Assembly (NCBI GenBank): GCA_030264375.1
Contig: JASCQW010000109.1
Coordinates: 51,639,263 to 51,703,262 of the forward strand
From: Carcharhinus longimanus
Taxonomy: Eukaryota
DNA: 64,000 nucleotides
Direction of reading: 5' to 3'
Shown: in pieces, positions 11,430-24,639 of the stretch
How positions within the stretch are numbered: the first letter of the stretch is position 1
Layout of the letters: each line of letters begins with the position of its first letter
The notes under the pieces: generated by a model
Database searches by the model: none
Told to the model about the DNA's origin: nothing
Seen by the model: the letters and a program-made list of their open reading frames with translations, nothing else
Translations under genes and position numbers: made by a program

Positions 11430-13212
11430 GCTGAATACAGGCATAAGCTGGTTAAATAGGTCAGTAATAAGTTGACAGATGGAAAATTAATTGGGGGGAA
11501 AGTGAGGCTTTTCACAATGGAAAGAATAATAGAAAATCAGAATATTCTTTCAAATGATTGAAACTTTTATATGTGAGTGTTTGAAGAGAACTGGTTGTCC
11601 TTGTACAAAAAATAAGCATTCAGGAGGAGCAAGCAATTAGGAAGGCAAATGGCATGTTGTATTTTATTGCAAGTGTGTTGAATAACAAAGAAAGTTTTGT
11701 TACAATTATACAGGGCTTTGGCAAGGCCAATCTTTGGTCTCCTTACCTAAGACGTTATATAATTGTCCTGTAGGTAGTGCAGTGAAGGTTCACTAGATTA
11801 ACTCTTGGGTGCAAGAATTGTCCTGTGATAAGAAATTATGTACAATCGCCAGAATTCTACTGGCCTGCCCACCACAGGAATGGAGGTGAGAGACAGACAA
11901 TGGAAATGTCCGTTGACCTCGCCGGGGCGGGGGGGGTGAATTTCCGGACTCACTCGAGCGAGGCCATAAAATCCCACTCATTAATAGATCTACTCTGCCT
12001 GGAGTTTAAGGATGACAGGTGATGCCATTGAAATACATAAGATTCTTTGGGAGTTCAGGAGAATAGAAGTTGAGAGATTGTTTTTACTGGCTCCAGGGAG
12101 CATTGTCACAGAATAATCATCCAAAGATGTGCGGGTTAGGTTGATAGGACATGCTAAAATTGCCCTTAGTGTCCTGAGATGTGTAGGTTAGAGGGATTAA
12201 CGGTAAATGTGTTGGAATATGAGGGTAGGGCCTGGGAGGGGTTGTAGTTGGTTCAGACTCGATGGGCCGAATGGCCTCTTTCCGTGCTGTAGGGTTTTAT
12301 GTTTCTATAAAAGACTGAGATAAAGAGGAACCTCTATACTCAGAGCTTTGTGAATCTTTGGATCTCTTGTGTGCAATTGTGTACAATTACAATTGTGTAC
12401 AATTCTGGTTGCCACATTACCAGAAGGATGTGGATGCTTTGGAGAGGGTACAGAAGAGGTTTATCAGGATGTTGCCTGGTCTGGAAGGTATTAGCTATGA
12501 GGAGAGATTGGGTAAACTTGGTATGTTTTCACTGGAAGGATGGAGGTTGAGGGGTGACCTGGTAAGGGTTTACAAGATTGAGTTGCATGGACAGAGTAGA
12601 TAGTCAGATGCTCTTTCCTAGGGTAGAAAAGTCAAATACTAGGGGACATAGATTTAAGGTGCATGGGGAAAAGTTTAGAAGAGACAATTTTTTTTTACAC
12701 AGAGGGTGGTGAATGTCTGCAACACGCTGCCCAGGGAGGTGATGGGGGCAGGTACAATAGCCACATTTAAGAGGCATCTAAACAAATACATGAATAGAAT
12801 GGGAATGGAAGGATGAAGACTTCATGAGTGCATATTGTTTTAGTTTAGTCAAGCATCATGATTGGCACAGGCTTGGTGGGCCAAAGGGCCTGTTCCTGTG
12901 CCATACTATTCTTTGTTCTTTCCTCAGATTGCTCCAGATGCTTGGGAATGTGTGTTTAACCAAAGTTGAGATAGATACATTTTTAGACACTAAGGATATC
13001 AAGATATAAGGAAATTGGACAGGAAAGTAGAGGTGAGGTTTAAGATCAGNNNNNNNNNNNNNNNNNNNNNNNNNNNNNNNNNNNNNNNNNNNNNNNNNNN
13101 NNNNNNNNNNNNNNNNNNNNNNNNNNNNNNNNNNNNNNNNNNNNNNNNNGATATAAGGAAATTGGACAGGAAAGTAGAGGTGAGGTTTAAGATCAGCCAC
13201 GATCTTATTGAT
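11430..13212 (+). mobile_element. Nested CR1 3' regions: an older CR1 split by a MITE-like element (~11848-11979), a V-SINE (12119-12308) and a younger CR1 (~12395-12920)
   Basis: ORF CVQFWLPHYQKDVDALERVQKRFIRMLPGL...RLRGDL; CR1 3' UTR ggcttggtgggccaaagggcctgttcctgtg; the older copy resumes after each insert. Confidence 0.8.
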
Positions 13213-13464
13213 TAAAAACGTATTCTTGGTATGTGAATGTCATTGGCTAGGCCAGCATTTATTATTCATATTCTGATGCCTCTTGAGAAGATAATATTCA
13301 GCCAACTACTTGAACTGCGATGTCTTGAAAATGTGACATAGGTACATCCACGTTGATTTGATTTGATTTGTTACTGTCGCATGTATTGGTATACGGAGAA
13401 AAGTATTGTTTCTTGGGTGGCGTTCCAGAATTCTCCCCAGTGACAGAGCAGGAACAGTGATATA

Positions 13465-13978
13465 CTAATGTATGAATTAGGAGCAGGAGTAAGCCATTCA
13501 GTCCCTTGAGCCTGCTCCACTATTGAGTAAGATCATGGGTGATCTGATTGTAACTTCAACCCCACATTCCTGCCTGCCCCCAATAACCTCTCACCCACGT
13601 GTTAATCAAGAATCTGTCAAACACTGCTTTAAATTATTCAAAGACTCTGCCTCCACTACCTTCTGAGGAGCCTCTGAGAGAAAAAAAACTCCTCATCAGT
13701 ACCCTAAATGGGTGGCCCCTTATTTTTAAATAGCAACTCCTTATTCTAGATTCTCCCACAAGTAGAAATATCCCCTCCACATCCGCTCGGTCAAGACCCC
13801 CCAGGATCTTAAAGGTTTCAATCAAGTAACCTCTTATTCTTCTAAACTTTGATAGATATAAACCTAATCTCTCCAACCTTTTCTCATAAGAGAACCTTCC
13901 CATTCCTGGTATTAGTCTAATAAACCTTTTCTGAACTGCCTCTAAGACATTTCCTCAAATAAGGAGACCAATACACAA
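13465..13978 (-). mobile_element. CR1 LINE 3' end nested in another LINE tail (13215-13465, resuming 13980-14027)
   Basis: ORF GRFSYEKRLERLGLY...RRIRGYLIETFKILGGLDRAD. Confidence 0.85.
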
Positions 13979-14027
13979 TGCAAGTTAGGATTGCGTTTGA
14001 CTTGGAGGGGTACTTGCGGGGGGTAGT

Positions 14028-14873
14028 TGTGATATTGTGTGAATGTCATTGTAATGTAAAGGTGCTCAGCCTAGCAAGGTTTAACTTGAAACTGGAGAAA
14101 AGCATCACCCACAAAATGATGTATAGAATCCCATGATAGAGAGTTTAGAGAGAACATTCTGGAAGTCTAACTGCATGGAGTAGTAGCACTATGCATGACA
14201 GTAACCTGGGATCTGTAAATAGTTAAAGACTGTAGTAGGGCAAAAGCAGTGAGCGTGGGCTGCAGCAGGAGAGGAATGAATTTAAAAGGTTAAACAGACA
14301 GCACTGAAGTATTCACATCACTGCAGGCAGACACAAGACTAATTACAAATAACTACATCTCAGACTGCACTAACAGTCACACCCTAGAGATCTTTCCAAG
14401 GTTACAGCAACAATAAGAGAATCAATATGACTTATCAAAGCTCCACAATATCTAGAGGAGCCATTGTGCCTCTGGAAAATGAATCAACAATTAGGGAGGT
14501 GGGACAATTAACACACATTTGAATCGGTTTGACAAACACAATGTTTTGATATTGCAAACAGGTAGACAGTTGATGTCTAGAAATGATTAAATCTAAGCAC
14601 ACAGGACAATTGATCTGTATAATGTGATTAAAAACAGAACTGTAACCAATTCAAACTAACAATATGATGTTCTAATATAAATGTAAATGCTTTGTAAAGA
14701 AAAGGATAAAAGAATATGTAAGAACCGATGATTAGCAGAGTAGTTTGGATGCAAGCTGGAATTATAGCCATGAGTTCTGCTCTCCCTCAAGCATGTTGAA
14801 TTAAGCCATTTTTGTTGAAATTCTACAGTCTCTGAAGACTCAGCTCATTCTTTCCCTCCAAGAAAGACTAACA
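14028..14873 (+). mobile_element. Possible solo LTR
   Basis: Begins TGTGAT, ends CTAACA, AT-rich interior with TATA-like aatataaa. No target-site duplication found. Confidence 0.35.
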
Positions 14874-15359
14874 ATAAATGGTTCATTTTTAAACATGCAA
14901 GTCCCAAGATCTCATCATTGAGACATCTAAAGAACCCACACTATAACAATAGTGTTTCCATGCTTACCATCAGCTTCTCAATTGCCATTAGGAATGAACA
15001 ATTGTTGCCAACTTTGACACATTCCTGTGTTTGACACATTCTGTTGTCAACTTTGACACATTCCTCTGTTTGCTCACCTTTCAGGAGAGGGAAGTGATGA
15101 GTGGGAGAGTTGAAGAACGGGAGCGAGAGCAAGGACTGATAAAATGGTGGGTCAGGGAGTGAGCGAGGCCATAAATCAGAGGGTCAGTAGTGAGAGGGTG
15201 GGTCAGGGGATGGTAGAGGCCATGAACCATGGGGTCGCTGAGACAAAGTGTTTGTAGCAATCAGGAGTGTCCGAGAACAGGATGTGTGGCGAGCGGGAAG
15301 TTTAGGAAGCTAGATCAGCAGCAATTGGGAGGGAAGTAGAAAGTTATCACACTGTATTT

Positions 15360-15670
15360 CATAGAATCCCTACAGTATAGATGGAGGCCATTCAGCCCAT
15401 CGAGTCTGCACCAACAACAATCCCACCCAGGCCCTATCCCTGTAACCTCACATATTTATCTTGCTAATCCCCCTGACACTAAGGGGCAATTTAGCATGAC
15501 CAGTCCACCTAACCCGCATATCTTTGGAATGCGGGAGGGAACCGGAGCACTCAGAGGAAACCCACACAGACACAGGGAGAACATGCAAACTCCACACAGT
15601 CACCCAAGGCCAGAATTGAACCGGGGTCTCTGGTGCTGTGAGGCAGCAGTGCTAACCACTGTGCCACCCC
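15360..15670 (-). mobile_element. HE1-like V-SINE, near full length
   Basis: catagaatccctacag...ggaaacccacacagacacagggagaacatgcaaactccacacag...gcagtgctaaccactgtgccacc. Confidence 0.9.
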
Positions 15671-17885
15671 TTTTCTTTTTTATTTGTCAATATCTTTTGG
15701 ACAATGTATAGTATTTAACTTAATGGGGTATAATGTTTTCCTGATGTTGAAGCTCCAAAGAATGTACCTGTTCAATTTTGGTTTAATGGGAAAAGATGAC
15801 TTCCTTAAATTTACATAAAGTTACATTTTTCAGGAATATAATCACAACTTATCAGGATTTTCTCTGTTTTTAAATACTAATTAAGAACAGCCACAAGATG
15901 GTGCCGCTGAGGTTAGTGTTTGTCTCATATAAAAAAAATTCTGAAACATCTGTTATGAGAAAACTTTTGTTTTGACTGCCTGAAGCTGCAGGCAACCTTT
16001 ATAACTCTTTCACATATTCACGTGGATACCCATATTACTGCAAAAAATACTTCACATCAGCCACTGAAGTATAAGGGTAATTTTTGCCACCATAAATGGG
16101 CAGTTATCTGGTAGAGTTGATTGTCCACCTCATTTTAATTCCATCGATTTCATGGAATCAGAGGGAAACAGTCTAGAGGCAGCTCTTCCCTGACATCTCT
16201 GCTGTCCTTAAGGCTGATCACCATGCAGGTCAGTGTATGTGCTGGGGGTAGCCAGCAAATTGGGTTTGGTTGGAAGAGATACAGATAATAAACTTGCTCA
16301 ATGGAGCAGTGAATATCTCCCAACCAGCCAAGGTGCTAAAATAGCATAAGACGCTGGCGGGGGAGGTTGGAGTGAGGGTGAGGGGAGGTTAGAGGAGGTT
16401 TGGAGAGGGTGTTGGAATGGGTGGCCATAGGGGAGAGGTTTGCTATATAGTTGAAGTGTTTTGTAAATGTATTGGCTGACAGAGAAACATAGAACATTAC
16501 AGCACAGTACAGGCCCTTCGGCCCTCAATGTTGTGCCGAGCTACGTCCAATCCCAAGATCAANNNNNNNNNNNNNNNNNNNNNNNNNNNNNNNNNNNNNN
16601 NNNNNNNNNNNNNNNNNNNNNNNNNNNNNNNNNNNNNNNNNNNNNNNNNNNNNNNNNNNNNNCCTATCTCCAGCATACAAACAGTGAAGTGCCGGCTCAA
16701 TTCGATCCATTTGATGGACCTGTGGAAACCGTAGGGCTGTGTTGTGGGGCTAGAGACCTAACAGAACATACATTCCCCAAGTAGAACAGAAAGGAAAATC
16801 TCCTTCTCGATGTCTTTCACATACTCCACCCAGGGGACATTCCTTCCCACCTCAAACCTTGCTGAATTTATCCTCTAGCTCATTCCTTCTGACTCATCTT
16901 GCTGGGAAGTTGGGGAACTCATACTTTTGATAATTTATTGCTTTGTTGTTGCCAATGGAGAATTAAACTAAAATGCAAATTTTGTAAGCGTCAGGATTCA
17001 ATTCGGGTTTCCAACGCTGCCCGGATACATTCCTGATCGTTTTAAAACATAATCTTTCTATAATTACCATTTTTCCCCACTTCCAATACTTTTATAACTA
17101 ATTGACAAAATCATTCAAAGGACAGGGGGAAAAAACACTTCCTTTTTTAAAATTACGCCAATAAATTTTATCCTGGATTATTCACGGCAGCATCCAAGAG
17201 ATGAATCTTTAACATTGCGGAGATAATGCTGGGAGGTTTGGTAACTGGAAAAGGTGACATTGATCTATACCTTTAACAGTCAAACAAAAGCCTGTTGGCA
17301 AGTGTAACTGTGTTCTTTGGCTGGAGTGGATCGAAAAGCTGAACCACAAGTCTCAGAGAAGCTAAAGGCCTCTGGAAAACAGCCCAGCTGTGAATCTAAC
17401 ACCAACAGGAAAATTTTCTCAGAGATAATAAAAAGGCAATGTATTTTTATTTCTGTAAATTCGTCAAGAAAGGCCAACAGGTAGAAGGTCCTGCCTTGAA
17501 TAGAAACACAAAGATACCTCGTATTATCAATAAGATTCCACAAAGGTTAAAGACAAGCAAAGGCAGCATTGGGACTCAACGGGAGCAGAGATTGGTTATG
17601 GGCCATTTTCCACACATAGTGCATGCCCCCACTCGAGGGCCCAATGGACACCTGAAATTGTGCCTCAGACTTCATTCCAATAAAACATTCCAATACTGAC
17701 CTCTTGAGCACCCCTGACTGTAATCACCCCATCACTGGTGGCTGTGATTTAGCTGCCAAAGCTCTCAGCTCTGGAATACACTTCCTCAGCCTCACTACAC
17801 ACAAACATACAAACAGAAGAACAAGAAACAGGAGCAGGCCATTTGGCCCCTTGATCCTGCACCGCCATTTAGTAAGATCAGGAGA

Positions 17886-18190
17886 GTGGCACAATGGCAC
17901 AGTGGGGTTAGCACTGCTGCCTCACAGTGTCAGGACCCGGGTTCAATTCCGGCCTCAGGTCATTGTCACATGGGGACTGCACGTTCTCCCCGTGTCTGTG
18001 TGGGTTTCCTCCAGGTGCTCCAGTTTCCTCCCAAAGATGTGCAGGTTAGGTTGATTAGCCGTGCTAAATTGCCCCTTAATGCCAGGGGGGTTGGCAGGGT
18101 AAATTCATGGCATTACGGGGATAGGGCCTGGGTGGGACTGTTGTTGGTATAGGCTTGATGGGCCGATGTACTGTAGGAATTCTATGATCT
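17886..18190 (+). mobile_element. HE1-like V-SINE
   Basis: A/B-box head tggcacagtggggttagcactgctgcctcacag...gggttcaattcc, V-domain and tail. Confidence 0.85.
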
Positions 18191-18401
18191 GATAGTAATT
18201 TTAAATCTGCATCCCGCCTGCTCCTTATAATCTATCAGCCTCTCTCTTCTTTAAGATGCTCTTTAAAACAGGGCCCTTTGAACAAGCTTTTGATCATCTG
18301 TCCTATTGTCTCCTTTTTCCCTCAGTCTCTAATTTTGACAGTTCTTCTACGATAACAGGGGAATGTTTCGCTATGTTAAGGGTTTAAATAAATGTAAGTT
18401 T

Positions 18402-18701
18402 GGGGCAGCACAGTGGCACACTGCTACCTCACAGCACCAGGGACCCGGGTTCGAATCCGGCCTTGGGTCACTGTCTGTGTGGAGTTTGCACATTTTCCCC
18501 ATGTCTGTGTGGGTTTCCTCCGGGTGCTCCGGTTTCCTCCCACATTCCAAAGACGCGCTGGTTCGGTTGCGTGGCCATGCTAAATTGACCCTGGTGTCAG
18601 GGTGATTATCAGGGTAAGGGTTACGTGAATAGGGCCTGGGTGAGATTGTGGTCAGTGCAGGCTGGATGGGGTGCATGGCCTCTCTCTGTAGGGATTCTAT
18701 G
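18402..18701 (+). mobile_element. HE1-like V-SINE inserted in an L2-type tail
   Basis: Head gggttcgaatcc and V-domain. The L2-type tail ...aaatgtaagtt resumes afterwards as aagttgttgttgttg. Confidence 0.85.
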
Positions 18702-19744
18702 AAGTTGTTGTTGTTGTTCCTGGGCCAGGGCAGTTCACTCTGCTTTACACAGTTGGGGAATCTGGAATTCTCAGGGCGACGGAAATGACAAATCTTGGCC
18801 AGAATTCTTGGATCTCATCGGCAGCTGGGATTCTCCGGTCCCACTGCAAATGCAGCTGAGCACCAGATTCTCCATTCTCACCGGAGGCACGCGTACAACG
18901 TTGGAGAACCCTGCCCCTAATTTAATCGGTCTCTTCCTCTCTTTTTCTGACCTGCACCCTTCCTTCAGTCTTTCTGATTTCTTTGAGTTTCCCGAAACAA
19001 AGGTCAGGAAGGTCACTGCCGCTTCCACAACCAAATGTCAAAAACCAAGGTGTTCGGTGCGGGAGCAATCACCCCTCCCCCACCCTTTCCCAGCCCCCGA
19101 CGCAAAAAAATGATTCATGTGTTTTTGGCACTGACCCCCCCTGTTCAATCATCTCAAAATCACCACTACTGCCAATTGTACTTTGATGTAATGCAGTAAG
19201 TGTTGGAAAGTTGAGTGAAACCTGCAGCCTATATGAAGAAGCTATGCCCCATTGTATCCTCAGCCAGTCTATCAGTTTGTCTTCATTAGTGACCGGTTTC
19301 TGTTCTGTGTTTTTGAACTGGCAGATTTACTGCAGTAGTCAGTTTGAAACAGTTGGCCAACTTCTGTGCATTGAAGTGTTGGTACAAAGGTTTGCTTTGC
19401 AATACGCTCTGCAGAATAGGCTTGCAAAGCAGAGGCAGCGCAGACCTGGGTGTAAATTACAGTGGAAAAGTAATCAAGCTGGGTAACATTCGCGCACGTC
19501 TCAGTGCTCACACTACTTTGAAGCTTTCGCTCGTGTTCAAAATTCACACTCTACCATTCCATTGCAGCAATATCTGTTCCAGCAAAATCTCTTGTTTGTC
19601 AAAACTTGAAATTTTGTACAAACTAGTCATTCTCTTCCCTTCCCCTGATGTAGAAACCACAAATCTTGCTTAACGGAGAAGGCCTCCAGCAATTCTGCTC
19701 TCGAGCTTGTCTGTGCTAGGTGTACTGAAAAGGTCTGGGATTCA

Positions 19745-20625
19745 AAGAGCAAAGAACAAAGAAAAGTACGGCACAGGGACTGACACTTTGGCCCTCCAAG
19801 CCTGTGCTGATCAAGAGTTACACTAAAAAAACACCTTCTGCCCTTTCCCGGGCCGTATCCCTCTATTCCCTCCCTGTTCATGTACCCATCCAAATGATTC
19901 TTAAATGTTGCTAATGTGCCTGCTTCCACCACCTTGCATGGTGGCACAGTGGTTAGCACTGCTGCCTCACAGCTCCAGGGGCCAGGGTTTGATTCTTGGC
20001 TTGGGTCACTGCCTGTGTAGAGTCTGCACATTCTCCCTGTGTCTGTGTGGGCTTCCTCCAGGGGCTCCAGTTTCCTCTCACACTCTGAAAGACATGCTGG
20101 TTAGGTGCATTGGCCATGCTAAATACTCCCTCAGTGTACCTGAACAGGTACCAGAGTGTGGTGACTCGGGGGTTTTCACAGTAACTTCATTGTGAGCCTA
20201 CTTATGATGTTAATAAATAAATAAATAACTTCCTTTGGCAGTGCCTTCCAGGCACCCACCACTCTTTGCTTGAAAAATTTCCCCCGCCCAACTCCCTTAA
20301 ACTTTCATCCCCTCACCGTGAGCCTGTGCCTCCTTGTAATTGACAGTTCCACCCTGGGAAAAAGCCATCCTGCCTATGCTTCTCATAATTTTGTAGACCT
20401 CTCAGGTTTTTCAGGTCTCTCCTCAGCCTCTGCTTATCCAGTGAAAACAATCCTTGTTTACTTAACCTCTCCTCATAGCCAACATCCTCAAGACCAGGCA
20501 ACATCCCGGTGAACCTTCTTTGTCCTCTCCCCAAAGCTTCCACATCCTTTTGGTAGTGTGGTGACCAGAACTGCATGCAATGCTCCAAGTGCAGCCTAAC
20601 CAAGGTTTTATCAAACTGCAACTCA
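19745..20625 (-). mobile_element. CR1 3' region split by a V-SINE
   Basis: ORF LVRLHLEHCMQFWSPHYQKDVEAL...; 3' part KVVEAGTLATFKNHLDGYMNREG. Confidence 0.85.
19936..20228 (+). mobile_element. V-SINE, second subfamily
   Basis: Same head and tail as 7700-7983; ends in (taaa)n. Confidence 0.85.
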
Positions 20626-20954
20626 GCAATTAAAACAACAAGTGCTTCAAACACAGACTTGGACTGTCAGCATTTGAGATGGGTTTGTATTCAAAATCTA
20701 GACCTTTCATCATAACTTTGACATGCTCTTAGTTGCTGCGTACCTCCTACATTCCCTGTTTTTTTAAAATTCAGTTTCCAGCTTTTTATTTATTTGTTTT
20801 TAGTACTTCCACATGAGAGCAACTGCAACACAAACCTGCACCCCATTACTGTGTGAGGAAAGCACTGGGGCTCCAACATGTCATTGTACCCTGTCAGGGC
20901 TGAGAACTTTATACAAAGGACTAGTCACTCTCCGGAATCAGGTTGCCAGTATTA

Positions 20955-21215
20955 ATTATGGCTCAGTTGATAACACTCAAGTTAAAATGTTGTAGCTTCA
21001 AGTTCCATCCTGGGACTTGGGAACCAAACAAAAATTCAAGGCTGACCAAGGTTATTAGAAGTGTTAAACTAAGGCCCTAAATGTCCTCTCAGGTGGATAT
21101 CAAAGACTACATGGCATTATTAGGAAGAAAAGTGGGGAGCTATTCCTGTTTCCTGGCCAAAATTTGTCACTCAATCAACTGTATAAATTCAGATTAACTA
21201 ATGGTTATCACAATC
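20955..21215 (+). mobile_element. Old DeuSINE (SacSINE1/AmnSINE1-like) remnant
   Basis: Deu-domain-like gttaaactaaggccc...ctctcaggtggatatcaaagactacatggcattatt...gaagaaaagtggggag...cctggccaa. Confidence 0.6.
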
Positions 21216-21239
21216 CCCTTACCTTAAAAAGAATAATGG

Positions 21240-21800
21240 AGACAGTACAGTGGAGATTCACCAGGTTAATTCCTGGATTAGATGGTCGTCCCATCAAGAG
21301 AGACTAAATAGTCTGGGTCTGAATTCCTTGGAGTTTAGAAGAGTGAGGAGTGATCTTATTCAAACAAATGAGATCCTGCAGGGGGCTTGTCAGGGTAGAT
21401 GGTGAGATGTTTTCACTAGTGGAAGAGTTTTGAACAAGGGGACATAGAACATAGATCAGTACAGCACAGTACAGGCCCTTCGGCCCTCAATGTTGTGCCG
21501 AGCTTTGTCCAAACCCAAGATCAAGCTATCCCGCTCCTTATCATCCTGGTGTACTCCATGTGCCTATCCAATAACCGTTTGAAAGTTCCTAAAGTGTCCG
21601 ACTCCACTATCACAGCAGGCAGTCTATTCCACACCCCAACCACTCTGAGTAATAAAGAATCTACCTTGGACACCCCTCCTATATCTCCCATCATGAACCT
21701 TATAGTTATGCCCCCTAGTAACAGCTGCATCCACCTGAGGAAATCGTCTCTGCATGTCCACTCTATCAATCCCTCTCAGCATCTTATAAACCTCGAAGTC
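21240..21800. mobile_element. Two adjacent CR1 3' fragments (+ 21240-21445; - 21446-21800)
   Basis: Plus: ttggagtttagaagagtgaggagtgatcttatt. Minus ORF: RVVGVWNRLPAVIVESDTLGTFKRLLDRHM. The minus tail is also present at about 16485-16562. Confidence 0.75.
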
Positions 21801-21823
21801 TATTAAGCCTTAAGTAAGTCTTC

Positions 21824-21854
21824 TTCGCTTCTCGGCCTTTTGGCTGAGATCAAG
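21824..21854 (+). pseudogene. U2 snRNA 5' fragment (nt 1-31) heading a chimeric repeat
   Basis: tTCGCTTCTCGGCCTTTTGGCTgAGATCAAG versus U2 ATCGCTTCTCGGCCTTTTGGCTAAGATCAAG (29/31). Similarity stops before the branch-point recognition sequence GTAGTA. Confidence 0.85.
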
Positions 21855-22923
21855 AATCAGATCAAGACCAAGGTGGGGTACAATGCCTCATCCTGTCAGC
21901 TTGGATCTTAAATGTCTCTCTTGTGGGCACCATGAATTGGGTTCAATTGGAATTTGAATTTGGCTTTTGGATCAAGGAAGGTATGGATTTTAGTTTGCCT
22001 GGTCCGCTTTGAACATTAGCTTTGTAACTTTATGAATGGAGTAAAAAACTTTCAAAAATATTTCTTTTGTAGTCACTTTCCTAATATCAGTTGGTTGCTC
22101 TGTGATTAATTATCCTTAGAAATTCAGCATTGGGCCTTCAACTTTACCATTGCTACAGTCACTCTGCCTAATGCATTCCTGTGTAATGGAAGAAAGGTAA
22201 AACCTACATTTGTACAGCACCATTCACAATATCTCAAATTGCTTTGCAGCAATTAAGTAGTTTTGAACTGTAGTCACTGGTGTTGATAATGTTATCATGT
22301 GGCAGAGTAGAGTTGAGGGGCCAAATAACTTACCCCTACTCAGAATATGTATGGTTGTATGTCATCCTGGGATGAACAAGATAAACTGAGCTAGGTGGCC
22401 TTTGATGAGAGGATGAAGTCATGGCTGGAGTTTTATTTATTTTGTTGTCAATGCAAATGTACTGTGAGCAGACTCTGGGGAGTCGCATTGCTAGGACGGG
22501 AGTGCATGAAAGACTCACAGTACATCAGTAGCCTGCTTTTCACTGAGCATTGCCCTCAGCAGTCTTTTCCATTGACTTCAATCCTGTCTTTTTGTCTACT
22601 TTATCTCTTATCCCATTCTATCTTGGTGCAATCTGAGTTTTTCTGAGGTGTTGGAACATCATGTTACAGTTGTGTTGCAGAGATTGAAAATATAGTCATA
22701 AGAAGCAACAATCAGCAGTCTTCACATCTGCCATATAAGAAAACACAACAACGTGAATCATTCAGTCTTTTTCCTCTGGCCTCTAAGGTTTGGCCACACA
22801 GAGACACCTGAGGTATCCAATGCTTCTCACTGACAGTAAAAACCATTTTGTTGCTCCGGAGTTAGTTACTCTTTCTACCCTATGAAGTTTCTGATAAAAT
22901 AATCCAGTTGTGCCCCTTGTACC

Positions 22924-23235
22924 TGGTGGCACAGTGGTTAGCACTTCTGCCTCATAATGCCAGGGATCTGGGTTTGATTCCTGGCTTGGATTGTTGTCTG
23001 TACGGAATTTGCACATTCTTCCCGTGTTGGCATGTGTTTCCTCTGGGTGCTCTGGTTTGCTCCCATAGTCCAACAGACCTGCTGGTTAGGTACATTGGCC
23101 ATGCTAAATTCTCCCTTGGTGTACCTGAACAGGCCCCAAAGTATAGTGACCTAGGGAATTTTCACAGTAACTTCATTGCAGTGTTAATTTAAATCTACTT
23201 GTGACTAATAAATAAACTTTACTTTACTTTTACTT
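22924..23235 (+). mobile_element. V-SINE, second subfamily
   Basis: Head, V-domain and cagtaacttcattgcagtgttaat tail with (acttt)n end. Confidence 0.85.
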
Positions 23236-24639
23236 TGTATGGAATAATTACACACCCAGGGAGAAGGAAGTCTTTTCCTTCTACACAGTGGAAATGTTTT
23301 ATGAAGTTTACCTGGGTTGCAAGTACTGAATCCTTTTCTCAAAACATAAACTTACTGTCACCATGTCCATATAGTGCAGAGTGCAGAACATGTTAATAAG
23401 GGCCAAAGTAGTAGCCAAAATCAATGTTATTGTTAGTGCAGTGCTATAAATGGCTTTAGGTTATTCTCCAGTCAAACTAACAATATTGCATTATGTTGTT
23501 AAAGTAAAATTTGTACTTTATGCATTGTTTAATAGTCACAGTGGGATCATCTAGAACATATGCAAACACTACATTATATCAGTGTTGCTCTTAATATTAA
23601 TGACCCATGCTGCATAAATATTGAACAATATTTGTAAGCAGATGCTAGCAATGGGTGCCATCATTTTGCTGGGATCTTTCTGCGATTGGTGAAATGATTG
23701 GCGAATTGGACAAAAGATCATATACGTTTGAGGGAGAGGTTTGAAGTGGGGAGGGGAGAGGCATAAGGTACCAGGACACAGAAGGAGGACCAGGGCCCAT
23801 ATATCTTTCCTTGGCCCTGGCCACTGCAACCAGGTAACTCACCCACACAGCACCTCATTGTTCAGTACAGAACAGAAACCAAACCTAATTCAATCATATA
23901 AAAAAATGTCTATTTATATAGGAAGTTCCAAGATCGACTTTCAATTAGATCTTGATGGTAAAACGTTGGTTCAATGTTTAGGACCTCATCCTGGTGCAGC
24001 AATAAAAGTTACACCTTTATACAGAGTCTTCAGTGTAATAAAATTTCCAATGCACTTTTTTTCATTTATTCATTCAGCCTCTGGGCTAGGCCAACAATTA
24101 TTGCCCATTCTTCATTGATCTTAGCAGGGTCATTTGTTATGAAGCAAAATTAGACACCAAGTGTTTTGATTTGTTTTGCAGTCGCTAAAAGTGCTGAACC
24201 TAGTTGATTTTTGCTGCAAACACCATTTTCCTCTGCCTTCTCGAATACATGCCTTTTTCATGTTGCCTTTCCAGGAGCTGGGACAGCCTTGGGTGCAAAA
24301 TGCACAGGCATCACTTCTGAAGTTGGGATCACCATTCTGAGGACCATATGAAATTTGAATTTCCTTTTCCGTTCTGTTTGTGTGTGTGTTGGTTTGGGAT
24401 TTGGAAACCCAGAAAGCATGCACCTTTCTGGAGAGTTCGTGACCACTGGGGAGGCCTGCTGACAATTTAGAAACATTCTGACAAATAAAAGTTAAGTGTT
24501 TTGACATATTCAGATGTCACTATTAGATGCTGTTTGTTAATGCAGATGTATTTTTGATACCATGATTGATCATAGCTGACCCTTACATTGACCAGCATTG
24601 TTTAAGTGTTGACACGCTGTGATAAAAGAAGTGCTATTG

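Noticed and set aside
10897-11515. Overlapping 111-158 aa minus-strand ORFs
   Set aside because: They arise from G-rich, low-complexity repeat interior. Pro/Ser/His-biased, with no recognisable domain or splice context.
13002-13196. Direct repeat of ~47 bp on both sides of an N gap (similar 15-bp case at 26366-26495)
   Set aside because: Typical unmerged contig overlap, not a biological repeat.
15003-15072. Short imperfect tandem repeat (tttgacacattc x3)
   Set aside because: Ordinary slippage duplication with no spacer structure; not CRISPR-like.
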